64,000 nt of DNA from Euprymna scolopes (GCA_053919585.1 CM132792.1); one strand, 5' to 3'; numbered from the stretch's first letter, positions 12,029-26,400 are shown. The notes: a model not told the origin generated them from the sequence alone. Numbers and translations are program-made.

Positions 12029-12150
12029 ATGATAGCTCAGCGATAGAGGCGTAGACTGTCAGCTCAACAGTCAGGTTTTGATCCCGGTTTGAAGCACTTG
12101 CTTGTCTAGCCGCACTGATGGTCTGTAAACAGTGAAACAGTACTGCTGCG
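12029..12150 (+). ncRNA. tRNA-like head followed by a degenerate type I hammerhead (family 2)
   Basis: TAGCTCAGCGATAGAG (A-box-like), GGTTTTGATCCC (B-box-like), then CGCA-CTGATGG-T-CTG-TAAA-CAG-T-GAAA-CAGTACTG-C-TGCG. Confidence 0.5.
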
Positions 12151-12162
12151 AACGATGTGTGT

Positions 12163-12188
<26 letters not shown>

Positions 12189-12193
<5 letters not shown>

Positions 12194-12989
12194 AGGTAAA
12201 ATTAAAAGCCAAGAACAATGCGAGATTTTTTTTTTATAGAGTAAAATTAAATGAAAACAAAAGAAATAAATTTCTTTTTTTTTGTTGTTTGTTTTTTCTT
12301 TTTCACACAAATTTTAACTCTAAACAACAGTATTTTTTTTTTCTGTTGTATTCAATGGTGTTATAAATCTCAATATATTTCAGACCTATTAGTCCTTTTT
12401 CAAGAGAAGACAGCGGAAGAGTGTTCAAAATTGGAAAAGCAGCCGCAGAGTTTGTCACGTGATTTTTTTTTGGGTTTTTTTATTATTATTTTAATTATTG
12501 TTTTTCTTATGTTTTAAACTTATATTATAAAATAATTATAATGTAAGTTTAAAACATAAGAAAAACAATAATTAAAATAATAATAAAAAAAAACAAAAAA
12601 AAAACCCTTGCTTGAATAGTCATCTCCCTTGATTCACAAACGCAACAAGTATTTCAAACATCAACTGATTTATTTTAACGTTCTCCTAACGTCATTTTTT
12701 GCTCTATATTTCGCGGTATCACGTGGCAAACTCTGCGGCTGCTTTTCCAATTTTGAACACTCTTCCGCTGTCTTCTCTTGAAAAAGGACTAATAGGTCTG
12801 AAATATATTGAGATTTATAACACCATTGAATACAACAGAAAAAAAAATTACTGTTGTTTAGAGTTAAAATTTGTGTGAAAAAGAAAAAACAAACAACAAC
12901 AAAAAAGAAATTTATTTCTTTTGTTTTCATTTAATTTTACTCTCTAAAAAAAATCTCGCATTGTTCTTGGCTTTTAATTTTACCTTATA
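12189..12989. repeat. ~270-bp inverted repeat (12189-12463 / 12718-12989) with a nested second palindrome (12463-12604)
   Basis: Mirror ORFs 12251(+) and 12930(-) have near-identical translations. Flanked by (TA)n tracts. Confidence 0.9.
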
Positions 12990-13051
12990 ATTTTCTTCAA
13001 CAATGCTTCAAGCAAACTACAATCTACTTATATATATATATATATATATAT

Positions 13052-13076
13052 ATCTGTACACCTATTAAAGTGAGAA

Positions 13077-13107
<31 letters not shown>

Positions 13108-13226
13108 ACACTTCTCAACCTATATGCTCAATGAATTTTTGATCTATAGATTTGAAATTTGGTATATAGGGTATTCAAATATGTGCAGAACTTTTTAATC
13201 AGTTTTTATCTAGAAAAGGAGCTGCT
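13052..13226 (+). mobile_element. 5' fragment of the non-autonomous Helitron-like family also seen at 56943
   Basis: AAAGTGAGAAT..ACACTTC..AACCTATATGCTCA..TTTTGATCTA..CTTTTTAATCAGTTTT shared with 56943-57120. Confidence 0.6.
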
Positions 13227-13971
13227 AAGTGAGTATAGTGAGTATTGAAATCACAATTTATTTGAATTTTTTAAAATAAATGCTATTCATGAAAAAAATG
13301 TTATAGAAAAGTGTATTTGGATACTAAAAGTATATGTAATCGTTTAAATTGTAAAATTTGCAATTTAAAATTAGAAGAAAATTTTTTTTAATTCAAAATC
13401 ATTTTACAATTCTGCAACTACTCTATTAAAAATATAATAACCTCTAATTGCAAACAAAAATGTAAATTCAGAAAGCAAATCATTAATTTGTTTTATATTC
13501 CGTTTTCTTCTGTTCAAGTTAGGCATTTAGTGAATGACTACACACTTCTTTTGTCTGTTGCCATTTGGATTGTGCTGTCTGTCAGGATCAGACCGTCATC
13601 ATCTTATCCTCTCTATGTCTTAAGCATGTTACTGCATGGCTTTGGATCAAGGGCATTGATGCTAGAACACACTTTTGAGCGTTTCGAATGACTGACGGCC
13701 GGTGATATGGTTGTATCAGTTGAGACGTCGTTATGCAATGTAATTTCTCATGTAGGCCTGTACTGTGAGATCAGCACTTTTCGACATATGATGCACTGAT
13801 GCTCGGATTGAAGTTTTGTTGGCAACCATGTCTTGCAGCCTTACAAAAGTATGATTTTCATGTCATTTTAACTGCTAGTGTTAAAAAGAAAAGTGATACA
13901 TTATATTTTGCTTTTTCTATTTCACACTTCATAATTTCATGTGTGCATGTACGTTATCACCCGTACAAATT

Positions 13972-14696
13972 TTTGGTCCACCAACATAAGGAGGGTGGAC
14001 CTGTAAATTCACCCTCGTCCGTTCGTCTATCCACACTTTTTCAAATAACTATGCCTTGGAATTTTTTGAAATTTTGCACAAACATTAAACACGATATAAA
14101 AAAGTAACAGAATGGATTTTCCAGGAAAACTCCAGTTGCACCACTCGGGTTGCCTTTCGGGTTAAAATGGCTTAAATTGACACTTTTGTGCTTATTAAAA
14201 AAAATGATGCCATGGATTTTTATAAAACTTTCTGAAAAGTTGTAACTAACTGATTTCTATATAATTTTGTTTGTCTATACTTTGCGATAACTCTTGAGTA
14301 TGCCCCAGAGGCTCTTTTAGGGCTAATAAAAACACTCCATTTTTGGGACTATTTTACCATATTTGTCCAAAATTTTCTGTGTATGTCTATTTAGCAGTTT
14401 TGCATGGTGCTGAACTCAAATTTAAATATGTTAAGGCCTTGAGGACATTTGAGGGCTAAATGGGTGGGGGGAGAATGATTGACTTAGCTATTTCTTTTTT
14501 TTTTACATGGTGCAGAACTCAAATTTATTTATGTTAAGGTCTAAAACTGCACCGTTTGTTCATTTCCACCAGGATTTGACGTCCTCTGGAAACTTCTGGA
14601 GTTAAATAGGGGGAAAGGCAAATGCTGAACTTAGTCAGGGTTTTTTTATGCCTCGTTCACTGTGCACTTATAGGGGACCATGCATGCTTCCCTTGT
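13972..14696 (+). mobile_element. DINE-1/Helentron-like non-autonomous element
   Basis: 5' TTTT-GGTCCACC..GGTGGACC hairpin followed by a GTCC/GTCT-type microsatellite remnant. 3' AGGGGA..TTCCCT stem-loop followed by TGTT. Confidence 0.4.
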
Positions 14697-15390
14697 TCAA
14701 ATTAAAATTTTTGTTGTGTATTTTTCTTTGATCAAATCATATTTTGGTTATCCGTGTATTTTTTTTTTTTTTTTTTTAATTTTTATTGTGGTAGATATTT
14801 GCATGATATTCCTCCTGTGACTAATCCGAGAACCATCTTTTTCTGTAACTGTTAAGAATAATAGAAAAAGAGAAGTGTTTGTCTGAGGAGTTGAGTCGCA
14901 GATTATTCTGTTGCTCTACTTGAAGGAAACAAAAATGATTATGAAAGAAATCTTTTGTGCTACCTGAAACAGACAATAGCGTTGTAGCAATTTTTTGTTC
15001 TCTTGTACAATCTTCGGCATTGCCTGCATAGTGCTCTTTGGCACCAGACCATTTCATTCTTTCATTCTTCATAATTAAAGAAAGGCATGAATTGCATTCA
15101 ATAATGTTGGGAACCATTCATATCGTCTACACAGGAAAACGAAAATAGTCACTGGGTGCTGCAAGAAAAATTCAATAGTGAATGTTCCTATTTACCGGTC
15201 TCCCTGCGAGAGCCGAGTGAGACACAAGGTTGGTTTTTAATGGAGGGTAAAGCCATATACCCTCAAAAAAGACAGCAAAAATTACCCCCCCCCAAATTAT
15301 AACCACCGGAACGTATCTGAAGATATTATTTTAGTAAATAAAATTAAAATATATTTTCATTTCTCAATGTGTGTGTGTGCCTATACATAC

Positions 15391-15630
15391 ATATATGGCT
15401 CAATCACATTGACATACCGGCTCTTGCCAGATCACCGAAGTTAAGCAACGTTCAGCCTGGCCAGTATCAGATGGGTGACCATTTGGGAAGGCTAGGTGCT
15501 GTATATACGGCGCTGTGTTTAGAAACTGACTTGAAAAAATATATTCTATTAAAGAATTTTTCTTTAAATAACTGGATTCGGCATTAAATAACCTGAAAAG
15601 GGTTGATATGCCGTAAAACAAAAACAACCA
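15391..15630 (+). mobile_element. 5S rRNA-derived head (15391-15504) fused to the tail of the 8730 SINE
   Basis: GATCACCGAAGTTAAGCAACG..GCCTGG..AGTA..GATGGGTGACC..TGGGAA..GGTGCTGTA is 5S-like. The tail matches 8975-9070. Confidence 0.8.
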
Positions 15631-15728
15631 AACCTGGAGTAGGAGTTCTCTTTGCTGCCGTTTCCATAAAATACTTATTTTGCGAGAAAGCGCCGTTAGC
15701 TCTATGCTCAACTCCCAACCTGGAGGAC

Positions 15729-16125
15729 TTTTATTTTTACATAGGCATCACCACTTATCAAGGCCTAGAGGCCACTTGAGGATAAGGGTTAAAGAGTGTA
15801 CAGTAGTCAATTGGACAATATAGTAATCGTTAGTAATGGACATTTGGTAAATTGGATTACTTAAGTGGAACGACTCATCAAGAACTTGTTTACACTGGAC
15901 TTGAAGACAACCACATTGTAGTCAGCTGGAAAGCAGGCAAACTAAAGACAGTTCCACAGGCGTGCAGTTCTAAGAAAGAAGCTTTGTTCATGGAATCTAT
16001 GTTTAGGTTTAGGCACAGATAAAGAGTGGGTGAAATTATTGATAGTGCTTTCAGCTAGACGAGTGTTTCTCGTGAAAGTTTGGTGAGGGGGGGACCATAG
16101 ATTGGAGCTTAGACGAGAACTTTCA
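15729..16125 (-). mobile_element. 5'-truncated LINE 3' end
   Basis: Reverse complement of the 11395 copy, extended upstream (SSKLQSMVPPHQTFTRNTRLA). Confidence 0.85.
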
Positions 16126-16544
16126 CTCCTGCCGGCATAGCTCTAGGGATCATTGAAATGCTCTAGCAACAAGGTAATCCAAGAAGGAAACATACCGAGA
16201 AAAAGGCTTCAAAAAGTTAATATGTAAATATTGCTTGACTGAAACCAAAAACCAGAGTATAAGTAGTAATATCGTCCAGGCATCGTCATTAGGAAAGTGA
16301 CAGTGACTGACAACCTGGATGTGCCAAGTTCGCATCCATTGCATTCTACAAAAAAACGCGTTTATTTATTTATGTAAGCGACCTTAATGTGGTTTCTCCT
16401 ATAAGTACACAATGTCTTTCTAGAAAGAATTCTAACTATAAGGATATCAAGGAAACGAATACCAATAATCGAATCAACTGATCTATCGATCGATACCTTT
16501 ATTCAATCTCATGAGACAATGGATACCCTATGCACGTGTACATG

Positions 16545-16775
16545 GGAAGCAAGGGGTGTGCAATCCCCAACCACACCTGTCCTGAATCGGTACTGCTTAA
16601 ATCCAGTAGCAAGGATGAGTCTAGAACGACTGGAAACAATGTAAATATAAGCAGAGAACACATACAGCACCTGGAATTCCGAAATAGTCACTCATTTTAG
16701 TATTGGCCAGACTCAATGTTGCTTAACTTCAGTGATCTAACGGGAACCGGTGTGTCGATGTGATTATGCTGTATA
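16545..16775 (-). mobile_element. 5S rRNA-derived SINE (SINE3): 5S head plus ~115-bp body
   Basis: 5S-like head at 16660-16775. The body TTGTTTCCAGTCG..GGTGTGGTTGG.GATTGC is shared with the 49982 copy. Confidence 0.8.
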
Positions 16776-17478
16776 TAACTGATTTATACAAGAGGAATAA
16801 ATGAATGATGCTCTACAACACTAACAGCACCACACACCACTAAACCAATGCCAGCAAAATACGTCTGGACATTGTCCTAATTACTCCCTCACAATAAATC
16901 GCGTGTATGCGGCCATTTGTTAATTCATGAATATTTAAGTGTAAATAGAGTGGTCATCATTGGAGGAAAAATGGATTAGATTTAACGTTCTGCTTGCTAT
17001 AGGTATTATCTTTTGCTTACTAGAGACTCTCTTTTTTTATTTTATTTATTAGAAACTTATATTTTATACCAGCTTACTAAGTTTACTATTTCAAAGGAGC
17101 AGGACTAATTTTCATTGATTCAAAATTGTACAAATCACACCTTTATGTGAAATTATGGTCTTCTCATTTCGATAGAATGTTGTTGCACTTGCATAAATTA
17201 TAAATTTTAAGAGGTTAAAGTAGTTTGCTTAAAGCATTGTTTACTGTAAATACAAAAGCAGAACAATAAAGGGATGTAACAGATAACTTCAAACTGAAGT
17301 AACTTTAAGTATAATGATCGAACCGACCATGCAGTTTCACTTTATTGAATCAATATATGTGTGTATATGTACAATGATATATAACATTCTACATGTAATA
17401 TGTTAAAGGGGAACGATAAAATTGTTGACATAGAAAAGACATGATTCCATTTCCGTTTTATGAAAACCGGTTTTCTTA

Positions 17479-20400
17479 TATTGGTGTAGATAACCTATTA
17501 GTTGACTAGTGTACAAATATTGTTGATGACCATCTACTAGTTGACTAGTGTACAGAAATTGTTGATGACCATCTACTAGTTGATTAGTGTACAAATATTG
17601 TTGCAGACCATCTACTAGTTGACTAGTGTAAAAATATTGTTGATGACCATCGACTAGTTGACTAGTGTACAGAAATTGTTGCAGACCATCTACTAGTTAA
17701 CTAGTGTACAAATAATGTTGCAGACCATCGACTAGTTGACTAGTGTACAGAGATTGTTGCAGATGATCGACTAGTTGACTAGTGTACAGGAATTGTTGCA
17801 GACCATCGACTAGTTGACTAGTGTACAGAAAGTGTTGCAGACCATCGACTAATTGACTAGTGTACAAATAATGTTGCAGACCATCGACTAGTTAACTAGT
17901 GTACAAATAATGTTGCAGACCATCGACTAGTTGACTAGTGTACAGAAATTGTTGCAGACCATCGACTAGTTGACTAGTGTACAAATAATGTTGCAGACCA
18001 TCGACTAGTTGACTAGTGTACAAATAATGTTGCAGACCATCGATAGTAAACTAGTGTACTAATAATGTTGCAGACCATCGACTAGTTGACTAGTGTACAA
18101 AAAATGTTGAAGACCATCGACTAGTTGACTAGTGTACAAATAATGTTGCAGACAATCGACTAGTTGACTAGTGTACAAATAATGTTGCAGACCATCGACT
18201 AGTTTACTAGTGTACAAATAATGTTGCAGACCATCGACTAGTTGACTAGTGTACAGAAATTGTTGCAGACCATCGACTAGTTAACTAGTGTACAGAAATT
18301 GTTGCAGACCATCGACTAGTTGACTAGTGTACAAAAATTGTTGCAGACCATCGACTAGTTAACTAGTGTACAAATAATGTTGCAGACCATCGATAGTTAA
18401 CTAGTGTACAAATAATGTTGCAGACCATCGACTAGTTAACTAGTGTACAAGTAATGTTGCAGACCATCGACTAGTTGACTAGTGTACAAATAATGTTGCA
18501 GACCATCGACTAGTTGACTAGTGTACAAATAATGTTGCAGACCATCGACTAGTTGACTAGTGTACAAATAAAGTTGCAGACCATCCACGAGTTAACTACT
18601 GTACAAATAATGTTGCAGACCATCGACTAGTTTTTAGTGTACAAATAATGTTGCAGACCATCGACTAGTTAACTAGTGTACAAATAATGTTGCAGACACT
18701 CGACTAGTTGACTAGTGTACAAATAATTTTGCAGACCATCGACTAGTTGACTAGTGTACAAATAATGTTGCAGACCATCGACTAGTTGACTAGTGTACAG
18801 AAATTGTTGCAGACCATCGACTAGTTGACTAGTGCACAGAAATTGTTGCAGACCATCGACTAGTTGACTAGTGTACAAAAATTGTTGCAGACCATCGACT
18901 AGTTAACTAGTGTACAAATAATGTTGCAGACCATCGATAGTAAACTAGTGTACAAATAATGTTGCAGACCATCGACTAGTTGACTAGTGTACAAATAATG
19001 TTGCAGACCATCGACTAGTTGACTTGTGTACAAATAATGTTGCAGACCATCGACTAGTTGACTAGTGTACAAATAATGTTGCAGACCATCGACTAGTTGA
19101 CTAGTGTACAAATAATGTTGCAGACCATCCACGAGTTAACTACAGTACAAAAAATGTTGCAGACCATCGACTAGTTTTTAGTGTACAAATAATGTTGCAA
19201 ACCATACACTAGTTGACTAGTGTACAAATAATGTTGCAGACCATCGACTAGTTGAATAGTGTACAAATAATGTTGCAGACCATCTACTAGTTGACTAGTG
19301 TACAAATAATGTTGCAGACCATCGACTAGTTGACTAGTGTACAGAAATGGTTGCAGACCATCGACTAGTTGACTAGTGTACAGAAATTGTTGCAGACCAT
19401 CGACTAGTTGACTAGTGTACAAATAATGTTGCAGACCATCGATGTTAACTAGTTTACAAATTATGTTGCACACCATCGACTAGTTGACTAGTGTACAAAT
19501 AATGTTGCAGACCATCGACTAGTTGACTAGTGTACAAATAATGTTGAAAACCATCGACTAGTTGACTAGTGTACAAATAATGTTGCAGACCATCGACTAG
19601 TTGACTAGTGTACAGAAATTGTTGCAGACAATCGACTAGTTGACTAGTGTATAAATAATGTTGCAGACCATCGACTAGTTGACTAGTGTGCAAATAATGT
19701 TGCAGACCATCGACTAGTTGACTAGTGTACAGAAATTTTTGCAGACAATCGACTCGTTGACTAGTGTACAAATAATGTTGCAGACCATCGACTAGTTGAC
19801 TAGTGTACAGAAATTGTTGCAGACCATCGACTAGTAAACTAGTGTACAAATAATGTTGCAGACCATCGACTAGATGACTAGTGTACAAATAATGTTGCAG
19901 ACAATCAACTAGTTGACTAGTGTACAAATAATGTTGCAGACCATCGACTAGTTGACTAGTGTACAAATAATGTTGCAGACCATCGACTAGTTAACTAGTG
20001 TACAAATAATGTTGCCGACCATCGACTAGTTAACTAGTGTACAAATAATGTTGCAAACCATCGACTAGTTGACTAGTGTACAAACAATGTTGCAGACACT
20101 CGACTAGTTGACTGGTGTACAAATAATGTTGCAGACCATCGACTAGTTGACTGGTGTACAAATAATGTTGCAGACTATCGACTAGTTGACTAGTGTACAA
20201 ATAATGTTGCAGATCATCCACTAGTTGACTAGTGTACAAAAAATGTTGCATACCATCGACTAGTTGACTAGTGTACAAATAATGTTGCAGACCATCGACT
20301 AGTTGACTAGTGTACAAATAATGTTGCAGACCATCCACGAGTTAACTAGTGTACAAATAATGTTGCAAACCATCAACTAGTTGACTAGTGTACAAATAAT

Positions 20401-23400
20401 GTTGCAGACCATCGACTAGTTGACTAGTGTACAAATAATGTTGCAGACCATCGACTAGTTGACTAGTGTACAGAAATTGTTGCAGACCATCGACTAGTTG
20501 ACTAGTGCACAGAAATTGTTGCAGACCATCGACTAGTTGACTAGTGTACAAAAATTGTTGCAGACCATCGACTAGTTAACTAGTGTACAAATAATGTTGC
20601 AGACCATCGATAGTTAACTAGTGTACAAATAATGTTGCAGACCATCGACTAGTTAACTAGTGTACAAATAATGTTGCAGACCATCGACTAGTTGACTAGT
20701 GTACAAATAATGTTGCAGACCATCGACTAGTTGACTAGTGTACAAATAATGTTGCAGACCATCGACTAGTTGACTAGTGTACAGAAATTGTTGCAGACCA
20801 TCGACTAGTTGACTAGTGCACAGAAATTGTTGCAGACCATCGACTAGTTGACTAGTGTACAAAAATTGTTGCAGACCATCGACTAGTTAACTAGTGTACA
20901 AAAAATGTTGCAGACCATCGATAGTAAACTAGTGTACAAATAATGTTGCAGACCATCGACTAGTTGACTAGTGTACAAATAATGTTGCAGACCATCGACT
21001 AGTTGACTAGTGTACAAATAATGTTGCAGACCATCGACTAGTTGACTAGTGTACAAATAATGTTGCAGACCATCGATTAGTTTTTAGTGTACAAATAATG
21101 TTGCAAACAATACACTAGTTGACTAGTGTACAAATAATGTTGCAGACCATCGACTAGTTGAATAGTGTACAAATAATGTTGCAGACCATCTACTAGTTGA
21201 CTAGTGTACAAATAATGTTGCAGACAATCGACTAGTTGACTAGTGTACAGAAATTGTTGCAGACCATCGACTAGTTGACTAGTGTACAGAAATTGTTGCA
21301 GACCATCGACTAGTTGACTAGTGTACAAATAATGTTGCAGACCATCGATGTTAACTAGTTTACAAATTATGTTGCACACCATCGACTAGTTAACTAGTGT
21401 ACAAATAATGTTGCAGACCATCGACTAGTTGACTAGTGTACAAATAATGTTGCAGACCATCGACTAGTTGACTAGTGTACAAATAATGTTGCAGACCATC
21501 GACTAGTTGACTAGTGTACAGAAATTGTTGCAGACAATCGACTAGTTGACTAGTGTATAAATAATGTTGCAGACCATCGACTAGTTGACTAGTGTACAAA
21601 TAATGTTGCAGACCATCGACTAGTTGACTAGTGTACAGAAATTTTTGCAGACCATCGACTCGTTGACTAGTGTACAAATAATGTTGCAGACCATCGACTA
21701 GTTGACTAGTGTACAGAAATTGTTGCAGACCATCGACTAGTAAAATAGTGTACAAATAATGTTGCAGACCATCGACTAGTAAACTAGTGTACAAATAATG
21801 TTGCAGACCATCGACTAGATGACTAGTGTACAAATAATGTTGCAGACAATCTACTAGTTGACTAGTGTACAAATAATGTTGCAGACCATCGACTAGTTGA
21901 CTAGTGTACAAATAATGTTGCAGACCATCGACTAGTTAACTAGTGTACAAATAATGTTGCCGACCATCGACTAGTTAACTAGTGTACAAATAATGTTGCA
22001 AACTATCGACTAGTTGACTAGTGTACAAATAATGTTGCAGACACTCGACTAGTTGACTGGTGTACAAATAATGTTGCAAACCATCGACTAGTTGACTGGT
22101 GTACAAATAATGTTGCAGACTATCGACTAGTTGACTAGTGTACAAATAATGTTGCAGATCATCGACTAGTTGACTAGTGTACAAAAAATGTTGCATACAA
22201 TCGACTAGTTGACTAGTGTACAAATAATGTTGCAGACCATCGACTAGTTGACTAGTGTACAAATAATGTTGCAGACCATCGACTAGTTAACTAGTGTACA
22301 AATAATGTTGCAGACCATCGACTAGTTGACTAGTGTACAAATAATGTTGCAGACCATCGACTAGTTGACTAGTGTACAGAAATTGTTGCAGACCATCGAC
22401 TAGTAAAATAGTGTACAAATAATGTTGCAGACCATCGACTAGTAAACTAGTGTACAAATAATGTTGCAGACCATCGACTAGATGACTAGTGTACAAATAA
22501 TGTTGCAGACAATCGACTAGTTAACTTGTGTACAAATAATGTTGCATACCATCGACTAGTTGACTAGTGTACAAATAATGTTGCAGACCATCGACTAGTT
22601 GACTAGTGTACAAATAATGTTGCAGACCATCGACTAGTTAACTAGTGTACAAATAATGTTGCCGACCATCGACTATTTAACTTGTGTACAAACAATGTTG
22701 CAAACCATCGACTAGTTGACTAGTGTACAAATAATGTTGCAGACACTCGACTAGTTGACTGGTGTACAAATAATGTTGCAGACCATCGACTAGTTGACTG
22801 GTGTACAAATAATGTTGCAGACTATCGACTAGTTAACTAGTGTACAAATAATGTTGCAGACCGTTGACTAGTGTACAAATAATGTTGCAGACCATCGACT
22901 AGATGACTAGTGTACAAATAATGTCGCAGACAATCGACTAGTTAACTAGTGTACAAATAATGTTGCAGACCATCGACTAGTTGACTAGTGTACAAATAAT
23001 GTTGCAGACCATCGACTAGTTGACTAGTGTACAAATAATGTTGCAGACCATCGACTAGTTGACTAGTGTACAAATAATGTTGCAGACCATCGACTAGTTA
23101 ACTAGTGTACAAATAATGTTGCCGACCATCGACTAGTTAACTAGTGTACAAATAATGTTGCAAACAATCGACTAGTTGACTAGTGTACAAATAATGTTGC
23201 AGACACTCGACTAGTTGACTGGTGTACAAATAATGTTGCAGACCATCGACTAGTTGACTGGTGTACAAATAATGTTGCAGACTATCGACTAGTTGACAAG
23301 TGTACAAATAATGTTGCAGACCATCGACTAGTTAACTAGTGTACAAATAATGTTGCAGACCATCGACTAGTTGACTAGTGTACAAATAATGTTGCAGACC

Positions 23401-26400
23401 ATCCACGAGTTAACTAGTGTACAAATAATGTTGCAGACCATCGACTAGTTGACTAGTGTACAAATAATGTTGCAAACCATACACTAGTTGACTAGTGTAC
23501 AGAAATTGTTGCAGACCATCGACTAGTTGACTAGTGCACAGAAATTGTTGCAGACCATCGACTAGTTGACTAGTGTACAAAAATTGTTGCAGACCATCGA
23601 CTAGTTAACTAGTGTACAAATAATGTTGCAGACCATCGATAGTAAACTAGTGTACAAATAATGTTGCAGACCATCGACTAGTTGACTAGTGTACAAATAA
23701 TGTTGCAGACCATCGACTAGTTGACTAGTGTACAAATAATGTTGCAGACCATCGACTAGTTGACTAGTGTACAAATAATGTTGCAGACCATCGACTAGTT
23801 TTTAGTGTACAAATAATGTTGCAGACCATCCACGAGTTAACTACAGTACAAAAAATGTTGCAGACCATCGACTAGTTTTTAGTGTACAAATAATGTTGCA
23901 AACCATACACTAGTTGACTAGTGTACAAATAATGTTGCAGACCATCGACTAGTTGAATAGTGTACAAATAATGTTGCAGACCATCTACTAGTTGACTAGT
24001 GTACAAATAATGTTGCAGACCATCGACTAGTTGACTAGTGTACAGAAATTGTTGCAGACCATCGACTAGTTGACTAGTGTACAGAAATTGTTGCAGACCA
24101 TCGACTAGTTGACTAGTGTACAAATAATGTTGCAGACCATCGATGTTAACTAGTTTACAAATAATGTTGCAGACCATCGACTAGTTGACTAGTGTACAAA
24201 TAATGTTGCAGACCATCGACTAGTTGACTAGTGTACAAATAATGTTGCAGACCATCGACTAGTTGACTAGTGTACAAATAATGTTGCAGACCATCGACTA
24301 GTTGACTAGTGTACAGAAATTGTTGCAGACAATCGACTAGTTGACTAGTGTATAAATAATGTTGCAGCATATCGACTAGTTGACTAGTGTGCAAATAATG
24401 TTGCAGACCATCGACTAGTTGACTAGTGTACAGAAATTTTTGCAGACAATCGACTCGTTGACTAGTGTACAAATAATGTTGCAGACCATCGACTAGTTGA
24501 CTAGTGTACAGAAATTGTTGCAGACCATCGACTAGTAAAATAGTGTACAAATAATGTTGCAGACCATCGACTAGTAAACTAGTGTACAAATAATGTTGCA
24601 GACCATCGACTAGATGACTAGTGTACAAATAATGTTGCAGACAATCAACTAGTTGACTAGTGTACAAATAATGTTGCAGACCATCGACTAGTTTACTAGT
24701 GTACAAATAATGTTGCAGACCATCGACTAGTTAACTAGTGTACAAATAATGTTGCCGACCATCGACTAGTTAACTAGTGTACAAATAATGTTGCAAACCA
24801 TCGACTAGTTGACTAGTGTACAAACAATGTTGCAGACACTCGACTAGTTGACTGGTGTACAAATAATGTTGCAGACCATCGACTAGTTGACTGGTGTACA
24901 AATAATGTTGCAGACTATCGACTAGTTGACTAGTGTACAAATAATGTTGCAGATCATCGACTAGTTGACTAGTGTACAAAAAATGTTGCAGACCATCGAC
25001 TAGATGACTAGTGTACAAATAATGTTGCAGACCATCGACTAGTTGACTAGTGTACAAATAATGTTGCAGACCATCCACGAGTTAACTAGTGTACAAATAA
25101 TGTTGCAGACCATCGACTAGTTGACTAGTGTACAAATAATGTTGCAAACCATCGACTAGTTGACTAGTGTACAAATAATGTTGCAGACCATCGACTAGTT
25201 GACTAGTGTACAAATAATGTTGCAGACCATCGACTAGTTGACTAGTGTACAGAAATTTTTGCAGACCATCGACTAGTTGACTAGTGCACAGAAATTGTTG
25301 CAGACCATCGACTAGTTGACTAGTGTACAAAAATTGTTGCAGACCATCGACTAGTTAACTAGTGTACAAATAATGTTGCAGACCATCGATAGTTAACTAG
25401 TGTACAAATAATGTTGCAGACCATCGACTAGTTAACTAGTGTACAAATAATGTTGCAGACCATCGACTAGTTGACTAGTGTACAAATAATGTTGCAGACC
25501 ATCGACTAGTTGACTAGTGTACAAATAATGTTGCAGACCATCGACTAGTTGACTAGTGTACAGAAATTGTTGCAGACCATCGACTAGTTGACTAGTGCAC
25601 AGAAATTGTTGCAGACCATCGACTAGTTGACTAGTGTACAAAAATTGTTGCAGACCATCGACTAGTTAACTAGTGTACAAATAATGTTGCAGACCATCGA
25701 TAGTAAACTAGTGTACAAATAATGTTGCAGACCATCGACTAGTTGACTAGTGTACAAATAATGTTGCAGACCATCGACTAGTTGACTAGTGTACAAATAA
25801 TGTTGCAGACCATCGACTAGTTGACTAGTGTACAAACATTGTTGCAGACCATCGACTAGTTGACTAGTGTACAAATAATGTTGCAGACCATCGACTAGTT
25901 TTTAGTGTACAAATAATGTTGCAAACCATACACTAGTTGACTAGTGTACAAATAATGTTGCAGACCATCGACTAGTTGAATAGTGTACAAATAATGTTGC
26001 AGACCATCTACTAGTTGACTAGTGTACAAATAATGTTGCAGACCATCGACTAGTTGACTAGTGTACAGAAATTGTTGCAGACCATCGACTAGTTGACTAG
26101 TGTACAGAAATTGTTGCAGACCATCGACTAGTTGACTAGTGTACAAATAATGTTGCAGACCATCGATGTTAACTAGTTTACAAATTATGTTGCACACCAT
26201 CGACTAGTTAACTAGTGTACAAATAATGTTGCAGACCATCGACTAGTTGACTAGTGTACAAATAATGTTGCAGACCATCGACTAGTTGACTAGTGTACAA
26301 ATAATGTTGCAGACCATCGACTAGTTGACTAGTGTACAGAAATTGTTGCAGACCATCGACTCGTTGACTAGTTTACAAATCATGTTGCAGACCATCGACT

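Noticed and set aside
15391-15504. Functional 5S rRNA genes (also 16660-16775 and 49982-50097)
   Set aside because: The copies are diverged from each other and from the 5S consensus, dispersed, lack a T-run terminator, and are fused to SINE bodies
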